DNA of 64,000 nucleotides from an uncultured Gemmatimonadaceae bacterium (GTDB lineage Bacteria; Gemmatimonadota; Gemmatimonadetes; Gemmatimonadales; Gemmatimonadaceae): NCBI GenBank assembly GCA_963740355.1, contig CAVUDW010000002.1, positions 1,600,001 to 1,664,000 of the forward strand, read 5' to 3'. Shown piece by piece: positions 37,428 to 45,107 of this stretch (position 1 is its first letter; each line of letters starts with the position of its first letter). The notes under the pieces were generated by a model. It saw only the letters and a program-made list of their open reading frames with translations, ran no database searches and was not told where the DNA came from. The position numbers and the translations under genes were made by a program.

Positions 37428-38006
37428 TTAACCGAGACTCTTCAGTGCCCCTTCGAGCTGCGCGCGAACCGCGGCAACTTCAGCCCCACGCGGCGCCTGC
37501 GCCGCCGCCGCGCCGTCGACGAACTTGACCGTCTGCGCGAGCTGCTTCTGCAGGCGCGGCAGCTCGCTGACGCGATGCACCGCCAACCCGACATGCACGA
37601 TCGGCGTCAAAGTCGGTGGAATCGTCTCCAGTGAGGTGCCGCCGCATTCAGGGTCGGGGTATCCTACGGCGCCACCACCGAGGCCAGCGTAGGCCGCACT
37701 GGCGACGACTGCGGCGCCGATCTCGTGAATCGCTTCCCGGATCGCCGGGCTGCCGCCGCTTCCACCAGCGACGAATGCGCCGGCGATATCGTCGAACTTC
37801 TTTGCCTTGATCGCTTCCGCGATCGTGCCGCGTACCGCCTCGATGCGCGCCAGGTTCGCAAGCACACTTGCAATCGGCGATATCGGTGATGGTGGTGTGG
37901 GATCGTCGGGTCCTGGCATCCACGTACCGCCGCGACTGGCTGCGCCGATACTGACCACCAGATCCTTGATGAGAAAATCCTTTCGGGAAAAAGCTCTCGT
38001 CGCCAT
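37428..38006 (-). CDS. Hypothetical protein, candidate precursor/substrate of the adjacent kinase-lyase pair
   Basis: 192 aa, GGAG RBS; leader-like FLIKDLVVSI, two S/T-Pro cassettes, helical C-terminus; ends 20 nt before the lyase-like gene. Confidence 0.7.
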   Translation of the reverse strand: MATRAFSRKDFLIKDLVVSIGAASRGGTWMPGPDDPTPPSPISPIASVLANLARIEAVRGTIAEAIKAKKFDDIAGAFVAGGSGGSPAIREAIHEIGAAVVASAAYAGLGGGAVGYPDPECGGTSLETIPPTLTPIVHVGLAVHRVSELPRLQKQLAQTVKFVDGAAAAQAPRGAEVAAVRAQLEGALKSLG

Positions 38007-38412
38007 TTCATTCTCCATGCTCAAGGGGAACAGCAAACCCACGATCCATTCCAACAACGATGCCACGACGGGCGTTGTGCACGGCGCTGGCGTGCTGCGG
38101 ACTCCATCGCGTCACAGGATGGAGCAGAAGACTCTCTGCGACGTGGACGAAACGCTCGATGCATTCATCGATGATTGGCCGGTCGCTCGAGTCGCGCCGC
38201 AGCGGCGACAACAGTGAGTGACGGCTTTCCGTTCGTCAAGCACCGAATGTGCGCCACGACAAGCAACGTGTCAGTCGTGTTGCTCATCTCACTCGATGGC
38301 AGGCTCGACGTTCACGACGACGACCTCGACACTGCTACGTGCGCCTCATGCGCAACGCGTTCATCAGCTCGCTGGCAATTGTCGTGAGCGTTTTTGCGCG
38401 GCGATTTCGTGT

Positions 38413-38473
38413 GGCCAATCCGGTGACAGTGCACGCATTTCAAAGAAATGCGTGCACTGTCACCGGATTGGCC
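38413..38473. repeat. REPIN-like cluster 2 (single perfect hairpin)
   Basis: GGCCAATCCGGTGACAGTGCACGCATTTC-AAA-GAAATGCGTGCACTGTCACCGGATTGGCC, 29-bp stem. Confidence 0.92.
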
Positions 38474-38596
38474 GGGATTCACAGCGCGTGGCGCCGCTCT
38501 CGACCGTACGCCATACTTCCCGGCACGGCGTGCAGTTCACCCGTCGCGGATGCGCGAGGCAAGCGATCACGAGAGCTTTACCACCAGACCCGACCA

Positions 38597-39343
38597 ATGA
38601 GCGAGCTGTTCGGAGCCACACGCGACACGGTTCGCGCACGATACGCATTGCGCACACCTGCTGGCTTCGTGCCAAGTCATCTGCCTGGCTGGAGCGCGTG
38701 CGAGGTCGTGATCCAGATCTCTCCGGCGATGGGCGCACGGTTCGCCCAGTATTTCATCACGCTCGATACCGCTGGTGAAGGCCGCGGCACGGGCGGCGAT
38801 ACCGAATACTTCTGTTTTGTCGTTCAGGGCCGATGCGCAGTCGACATCGGTGTCGACACACATGCGCTGACGGCAGGCAGCTACGCCTTCATCCCACCGC
38901 AGACTGCGTTTCGTGTGCACGGGGCTGAGCGCGACACGCAGCTGCTGATCTTTCAGAAGCGCTTCGAGCCGCTGGCCGGTGCGCGGCTACCCGAGGCACG
39001 AGTGGGGCATGAGTCGACCATCCCGAGCCAGTCCTTCCTCGGCAACGATGACGCACAACTGCAGGTCCTGCTGCCCGACGAGCCGGCGTACGACATGGCC
39101 GTGAACATCTTCACCTATCAGCCCGGCGCAACGCTGCCATTCGTCGAGACGCACATCATGGAACACGGGCTCCTGATGCTGCGTGGACAAGGCGTATATC
39201 GGCTTGACTCGGAATATCATCCCGTCATGGCCGGCGACGTGATCTGGATGGCACCCTATTGCCCACAATGGTTTGTGGCCATGGGCAAGGAGCCGGCGAG
39301 CTACATCTACTACAAGGACGTGAATCGCGCTCCGGTGCTGTGA
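38597..39343 (+). CDS. allE: (S)-ureidoglycine aminohydrolase (bicupin)
   Basis: ISPAMGARFAQY, YQPGATLPFVETHIMEHGL, GDVIWMAPYCPQWF, YIYYKDVNR. Confidence 0.93.
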   Translation: MSELFGATRDTVRARYALRTPAGFVPSHLPGWSACEVVIQISPAMGARFAQYFITLDTAGEGRGTGGDTEYFCFVVQGRCAVDIGVDTHALTAGSYAFIPPQTAFRVHGAERDTQLLIFQKRFEPLAGARLPEARVGHESTIPSQSFLGNDDAQLQVLLPDEPAYDMAVNIFTYQPGATLPFVETHIMEHGLLMLRGQGVYRLDSEYHPVMAGDVIWMAPYCPQWFVAMGKEPASYIYYKDVNRAPVL

Positions 39344-39380
39344 GCGCGCGGCGGGATGCGTGGTTCACGGGGCATCGCTG

Positions 39381-39423
39381 AAAGGGGCAGAATCCTTGGA
39401 ATCCAGGATTTCTGCCCCCTTTT
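39381..39423. terminator. Imperfect palindrome between convergent genes (bidirectional terminator or REP-like)
   Basis: AAAGGGGCAGAATCCTTGGA-A-TCCAGGATTTCTGCCCCCTTTT, A tract on the left and T tract on the right. Confidence 0.6.
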
Positions 39424-39462
39424 ATCGACCGCTTCGGCGCACGAGGATGCGCCGTCTCGACG

Positions 39463-40125
39463 TCAGCGCTTTCCGAAGCCGAACGAGACGCCGACGCCGT
39501 AGGATGCATCGGCGCCATCGAGTCCGAACGGGACTTGCACGAAGGGTCGCAGCAGTACAGTCGGGCTGAAGACGATGCCTACTCCGCCCGACAGGATCCC
39601 ATAGGTTTCGTTGGACGTATCCGAGAAGCTGCCGGCGGACACCTTCAGGCGAGTGTAGGCTGCGCGGACGGAGGCGAACGGGATGAAGCTCACGCTCGAT
39701 GAGCTGTTGACCACGCCGCCGATGGCCACCCCTGCGGCGGCGCCCATCGCGCTCGCGTTGTACGTGCCTCCGTCGCCATCATCGATGTCGGGGCTCTTCT
39801 GATAGTCGACGGATGCCACAGGGCAGAGCATCCCGGCCTTCTTCTCGCCCATCGGGAACGAAAGCCCGCCATCCACAGTGGCGCCCTTCGATGTGCCGCT
39901 GACACCGTCTGTCTTCACCACCGATGCGCTCACGCCGCCGAAGGCCTTTGCGGTGCCAAAGCCAAATCGGGCGTCACCACCCTTAGCGCCATCAGAGAAG
40001 ACTGCGCCAACGGTGAAGTTCATCGGTCGTACTTCCAGTGACGCCAGGCCGAGGCAGGCCTGACCCTGCACGGCGGTGGTCGAGAGCATCGCGGCGGCAC
40101 AGATGGGCAAGACACGGACGTTCAT
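39463..40125 (-). CDS. Outer-membrane beta-barrel protein (putative)
   Basis: Signal peptide; alternating beta strands; C-terminal YGVGVSFGF. Confidence 0.7.
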   Translation of the reverse strand: MNVRVLPICAAAMLSTTAVQGQACLGLASLEVRPMNFTVGAVFSDGAKGGDARFGFGTAKAFGGVSASVVKTDGVSGTSKGATVDGGLSFPMGEKKAGMLCPVASVDYQKSPDIDDGDGGTYNASAMGAAAGVAIGGVVNSSSSVSFIPFASVRAAYTRLKVSAGSFSDTSNETYGILSGGVGIVFSPTVLLRPFVQVPFGLDGADASYGVGVSFGFGKR

Positions 40126-40245
40126 TGGTAATCTCCCTTTCTCTTGCGATTGGAGTCGTACAGCTACCAGCGTGAACCTTGCGCAATGCATGCAACTCGG
40201 GCTCGCATAGCGCAAGAGGGTGATTGCCCGACATGTCGGGCGCCC

Positions 40246-40752
40246 CTATCCCGCGCAGCTCCAGCGGTGAAACGCCGCAGCGTGGTAACGATCGATCAGC
40301 CACCGCTTGCCGTCGCGAACGAAAACGATCGTCTCGAGGAAGTCCGCCTGACACTTCTTCGCGTCCTTCCCCTGCGACACTTCATGGTTCCTGAGCGTCG
40401 TCCAGGCCACGTCACCGACGATGCGGGTGCGAAAGTCGCTGAACTCGGCCGACCATTTAGCGTCCGTGCCGCCCTGCTTGAGCCGCGCGATGAGCTGCGG
40501 GCCGGTGAGCGGGAGCGTGTCTTCGAGCAGCAGGAACTGCGGTGTCAGTGGTGCGAGCGTCGCCGCGGAGTCAACTGCCTGCATGGCGACGTACCAGCCG
40601 TCGAGAGTCGCGCGGATTGCCGCGGAATCGGCCGCTGGGTCGGGGACGGCCTTCGCCGACACTGTCGCCTGCGTCGAGTCTGTGCCGCGGGAGGGGCCTT
40701 CGGGAGCGCAGGCCGCAATCGCGACGAGGGCAACCACGAGAAATCCACGCAT
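40246..40752 (-). CDS. NTF2-like/DUF4440 lipoprotein
   Basis: Lipobox IAAC; AIRATLDGW..GDVAW..ETIVFVRDGKRWLI..YH. Confidence 0.8.
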   Translation of the reverse strand: MRGFLVVALVAIAACAPEGPSRGTDSTQATVSAKAVPDPAADSAAIRATLDGWYVAMQAVDSAATLAPLTPQFLLLEDTLPLTGPQLIARLKQGGTDAKWSAEFSDFRTRIVGDVAWTTLRNHEVSQGKDAKKCQADFLETIVFVRDGKRWLIDRYHAAAFHRWSCAG

Positions 40753-40840
40753 GACAGGGCTTCCGTGAGAGTGTGAGAGTGGCGCCGTGAGGGGACGCCG
40801 TGAACTTCCGACTCGGGAAGCATGCTCTCATCCCCCGGTT

Positions 40841-42439
40841 TCACCACCACTCGACGCCAAGGAGATTCGGCTCGGCTACCAACGCGTCGCGAAACCGAAG
40901 GTTGACGAACGCACCGTCGGTGACTCGTACTGCGCGGAGCAGGCGGGTCGAATTGATTCGCGCGAGCAGCATCGACCCATCAGGTGACCAGCTGATGCCG
41001 CCGAAATAGTCACCCACGTTGAGGAGGCGTGTGCCGGTGCCATCCGTGCTGACCACCGACATCCCAACGGCCGGGGTACCGATGGCATTGGCATTCGCCA
41101 CGAGGTATGCCACCCGGTCGCCGGATGGCGCGAACATCGGCTCCCGAGCCATTGGCGCGAGTACGGTGGAAGCACCGGAGGCTATGGTGAGCAGGCGGAG
41201 TTCGCTGTTCTGCGCCCCAGTGTAGGAAACGAAAGCGAGACGCGTGCCGTCCGGGGAGAGATCGGCGCCGAAGAACTGCGGGATCAGCGTCGGGAGGTCC
41301 GCGAGCTTCGTGATGGCGCCGTCGGTCGTCGCACGGTACACCGCCATGTAGTTCGGACTCGGGTACGGCTCGATGGGTCGCGCGACCATCATCACCGTGC
41401 CGTCTGCCAGCACTCGCGCCGTGAGGATATCCTGGAAGTTGGAAGGATTTCGAATCGTGCGGATCGTCGCACCGAGCGAATCGATCACACGAATGCCAAG
41501 TGTCGCGGGTCCCTGCGCGGTATCTGTCACAACGCGAACGAGGGCCCGATTCTGAGCCCGACTGGCGGCACGGAGGTAGCCGACGAGTGAGGGCCCGGAC
41601 GGGAAGACCGATCGTTCCTCACTGCCATTGAAGTTGAGCAAGCGAATGCCGAAGTCGTTGTCGCGTGTCACGCCGATGATGCGTCCCAGCGGTCGCACGC
41701 CGACATTGGTGGAATCGGCGGCGCCCCCTCGACGGGCGTAGATCCGTTGAGTTCCCATGTCGAGGGCACGGACGACGCCCGTCGCCGAGTCGATAGAAAC
41801 TGCGCTGCCCGTGGCTGCGGAAATGAGTGGACGCTCCGCCCTCGGATTGCCGAAGCGATCGGCGACGGTACCGGTGACGGTGGCTGTTGCCCCGATATCG
41901 AGGAGGATATCGCTCGTAAACGCGGTCACGCGCGCGGGCGCCCCCGGCGTCACAGTGAATTCCAGTGTGTCGCTATTCGGCAGCCCCTGAACCGCGGAGA
42001 CGATCAACATCTTGCCGGCGATATTTCCGAGTCTGACTCGAAATTCCGCCCGCCCGTCCTTGTCAGTGACGGCGCCGAGTGGCGCGATGCTTTTGGGGCA
42101 GGGTACGAGCGCTGGTGGGCAGACGTAGGCTGCTGCTTCGTCGAAGCGACCGGGATACACTCCTGCCGGGAGACCGCCGATCCCCACGATTACGCCGGGG
42201 ATCGGGTTGCCGTTCCGGCCGCGCACTTCAGCGATGATCGGCTGGATGATCTGTGCCTCGATCGTGTCGCTGACCACGCCAGTGTAGCGGAGCGTCACGC
42301 CAGCGCTTTTGGTGTCGGGGCCCGTCGCATCTCTGCAGCTGCTGGCGATCGAGAGCACTGCAAGCAGGACAGCGATCCTGCGCGCGCGGCGAGGTGAGGC
42401 GATGGTATTCGATGACGCTATCGGGTGTTGCACGTGCAT
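40841..42439 (-). CDS. Lipoprotein with Ig-like domains and a TolB-like beta-propeller
   Basis: Signal ending SSC; TDKDGRA and ADRFGNP Ig-like motifs; LSPDGTRLAF, FAPSGDRVAY, WSPDGS repeats. Confidence 0.75.
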   Translation of the reverse strand: MHVQHPIASSNTIASPRRARRIAVLLAVLSIASSCRDATGPDTKSAGVTLRYTGVVSDTIEAQIIQPIIAEVRGRNGNPIPGVIVGIGGLPAGVYPGRFDEAAAYVCPPALVPCPKSIAPLGAVTDKDGRAEFRVRLGNIAGKMLIVSAVQGLPNSDTLEFTVTPGAPARVTAFTSDILLDIGATATVTGTVADRFGNPRAERPLISAATGSAVSIDSATGVVRALDMGTQRIYARRGGAADSTNVGVRPLGRIIGVTRDNDFGIRLLNFNGSEERSVFPSGPSLVGYLRAASRAQNRALVRVVTDTAQGPATLGIRVIDSLGATIRTIRNPSNFQDILTARVLADGTVMMVARPIEPYPSPNYMAVYRATTDGAITKLADLPTLIPQFFGADLSPDGTRLAFVSYTGAQNSELRLLTIASGASTVLAPMAREPMFAPSGDRVAYLVANANAIGTPAVGMSVVSTDGTGTRLLNVGDYFGGISWSPDGSMLLARINSTRLLRAVRVTDGAFVNLRFRDALVAEPNLLGVEWW

Positions 42440-42794
42440 GTGACGTGAAAGGAAATGGCGTTGCCTGTGTGTCGGGCGACCAGCGTACCACGCTCCGGGC
42501 CGACTTGGGATCAGAAAAGGAATTAACCCGCGATCCGGCGCCGGGCAACGCCGTGCAACGACGTGCTACGGCGACTGCGTGGCGCGGCGAAAGGCCGAGC
42601 GCCGTCATGCAACGCGAGTCCTCCGCTCCCATCGGCATCGCGGGAATCTTCCGCTCTGGACGACCGTTCGAGCGACGGCTCCGAACGTGGCCTGAGGGTG
42701 ACAGCGTGCCACCCGGATGCGATACTCCTGTCCTCGGCGCGGGCGCATTCCACCTCGGCCCACTGCGAGTACACAAGCAAGGAGAGAAGGGCAG

Positions 42795-44777
42795 ATGCGA
42801 ACCGAACACCGGTCTTTCTCCGCGCGGGCGAAGAACACGCCTTTGGGCTTGCTCCTCACACTTGCTGCGGGCCTCCTCCTCGTAGCGACGACGGCGTTCG
42901 CTCAAGCGCGAAGCCTGGACTGGACTGCCTTCGCGGTCGACGCGCGCCTCGACAGCACGGGGACACTGATCGTTCGCGAGCGGCAGACGATTCTCTTCAA
43001 CGGCGACTGGAACGGTGGCGAACGCACGTTCGACGTGCGGCAAGGCCAACGGTTCGTGTTCCGACGGCTCTTGCGCGTCGACAGTTTGACGGGTGCCGAG
43101 GTCGCGATGCGGGAGGGGTCGCTCGATGTCGTGGATGGGTACGCGATGACGGATCGCCGCACCCTTCGCTGGCGCAGTCGATTGCCTGGCGATCCCGAGT
43201 TCCTGAATACGAAGATCACGTACGTGCTCGAGTACGAGTACTCTGATATCCTCCTGACCGAGGGCAGCGGATATCGGCTCGATCACGAGTTCGGGTTCCG
43301 TGATCGCACGGGCACCATCGCCAACTTCGACCTCACGCTTCGCCTCGATCCGGCGTGGCGCGCGCCAGCTGAGTTTACCGGCACCTTTCACCAACAGGTG
43401 CTTGAGCCCGGGATCGGCTACGTGGTCGATATCCCGCTCGTGTGGCGAGCGGCGGGTCTTCCCTCAGCGGTGCGACGCAGCCCGCCGATTACGCTGCGAC
43501 TGGGTTTGGCGGCTGCGCTGCTGCTCGCCATCGTGTTGATGACGATCCCCTTCCTTCGCGACGAAATTGCCGCTGGGCGATTCGAGCCGCTGACACCGAT
43601 CAGCAGCATCGACCGCCCATGGCTCGAGAAGCACGTGCTGTCGATGCGACCAGAGCTGGTAGGCTACGCCTGGGACGAATCGGTCGGACCGCCGGAGGTG
43701 TCGGCTGTGCTGGCGCGTCTCGTGAACGAGAAGAAGCTCGGCAGTCGAGTCGAGTCCTCGGGTGCGAAGTTCATGGCGCGACACATCCTGCATCTCGAGC
43801 TGCTGGTGCCACGGACTGAGTTCCACGGCTATGAACGATCCCTGATCGATGCCTTCTTCGCCTCGCACTCGACCACGACCAGCACCGACGAGATCAAGGA
43901 GCGTTACAAGAGTTCAGGGTTTGACCCGTCGGGCATCATCCGTCGGGCCTTGACCGAGGAGTTCACGCACACGGCCGGCATGGCTGAACCAAGCACGAAG
44001 GTGCGACGGTGGCCGCTGACCGTCGCGCTGTTCGTCTCCGGAATCGTACTGCTTGGAGTCGCAATTTTCTTGCGACCCGCGGATGGCGAAACGGCACTGC
44101 TCGCAGTGGCAATCGTCGGTGTGCCGAGCTTCGCGGTCGCGCGCGTGCTGGCCGAGCTCTGGCGGCGACGGGTAGTGAGGCCAGGGCGCCATCTGATGCT
44201 CGTGCTGCTGCCACTGGCGTTACTCGTTAGCGCGTACTGCTGGGTGGCTGCGACGGGGTACGGAATGCTCGGCCTTCTGGCGTTGGCTGCCTGGGCAGTG
44301 CTGACGATCGCCGCGCTTCTCTCGGTGCTGAACGGCTCGCGAACGATCTCGCCGAAGACACGCCTGCTGCGTCGCAAGGAGCTGGCGTCAGCGCGGGAGT
44401 ATTGCCGCATCGAGCTGCAGAAGCCGGCACCTGCGCTGGATGACACCTGGTACCCGTATCTGCTCGCGTTCGGACTCGGGCGTCACGTCGAGAAATGGTT
44501 CCGTGCCTTCGGCGGGGCGGCCACCACATCCATGTCGCGCAGTGGCTACACGGCCACCAACCATTCCTCGAGCGATTCCAGCAGTGGGTCGAGCGGCGGC
44601 ACGTTTTCCGGCTTCGGTGGCGGCGGTGGCTTCAGCGGCGCGGGTGCGACGGTGGCGTTCGGGTCCGCGGTGGGCGCGATGTCGAGTGGGGTCTCGGCGC
44701 CGAGCAGCAGTTCGAGCGGCGGGGGCAGTAGCAGCAGCGGAGGGAGTTCCGGCGGGGGTGGCGGCGGGGGCTGGTGA
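42795..44777 (+). CDS. DUF2207-family membrane protein
   Basis: Signal peptide, GTLIVRERQT, several TMs, YPYLLAFGL...W and the Ser/Gly tail SSGGGGGGGW. Confidence 0.85.
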   Translation: MRTEHRSFSARAKNTPLGLLLTLAAGLLLVATTAFAQARSLDWTAFAVDARLDSTGTLIVRERQTILFNGDWNGGERTFDVRQGQRFVFRRLLRVDSLTGAEVAMREGSLDVVDGYAMTDRRTLRWRSRLPGDPEFLNTKITYVLEYEYSDILLTEGSGYRLDHEFGFRDRTGTIANFDLTLRLDPAWRAPAEFTGTFHQQVLEPGIGYVVDIPLVWRAAGLPSAVRRSPPITLRLGLAAALLLAIVLMTIPFLRDEIAAGRFEPLTPISSIDRPWLEKHVLSMRPELVGYAWDESVGPPEVSAVLARLVNEKKLGSRVESSGAKFMARHILHLELLVPRTEFHGYERSLIDAFFASHSTTTSTDEIKERYKSSGFDPSGIIRRALTEEFTHTAGMAEPSTKVRRWPLTVALFVSGIVLLGVAIFLRPADGETALLAVAIVGVPSFAVARVLAELWRRRVVRPGRHLMLVLLPLALLVSAYCWVAATGYGMLGLLALAAWAVLTIAALLSVLNGSRTISPKTRLLRRKELASAREYCRIELQKPAPALDDTWYPYLLAFGLGRHVEKWFRAFGGAATTSMSRSGYTATNHSSSDSSSGSSGGTFSGFGGGGGFSGAGATVAFGSAVGAMSSGVSAPSSSSSGGGSSSSGGSSGGGGGGGW

Positions 44778-44804
44778 AAGTCCGCTGACCGGCATCCGCT
44801 GTGC

Positions 44805-44941
44805 GCAATCCGGTGACAGTGCACTCAATTCGGGCGCGATCTGGTGACGGTGCGCGCGGGGCAATCCGGGGAAATCCGGTGACAGTGCACTCAATTCGGA
44901 GAATTGAGTGCACTGTCACCGGATTGCGGTCACCGGATTGC
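44805..44941. repeat. REPIN-like cluster 3
   Basis: 25-bp perfect stem 44873-44925 (loop GGA) plus flanking partial copies. Confidence 0.9.
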
Positions 44942-45107
44942 TCCCCCCCCAACGATGGCGCGATGCCCCGCCTCCACCCCGGGTCATTCGACCCGGGCGA
45001 TTCGGAGGACCGCCACACACCTTGAGGAGTCTCCGGGCGCCACGCGCCTCACTCCCGCTCGCCACGCCTGCCTGTCCCCCCACGCGTCGCTTCGACAGCC
45101 TTCGCCC

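Noticed and set aside
38119..38387. Small plus-strand ORFs upstream of the candidate precursor (MEQKTLCDVDE..., ...ATCASCAT...) as alternative RiPP precursors
   Set aside because: Opposite strand to the modification genes, weak starts and no leader motif; not supportable, though worth rechecking if homologous loci conserve them
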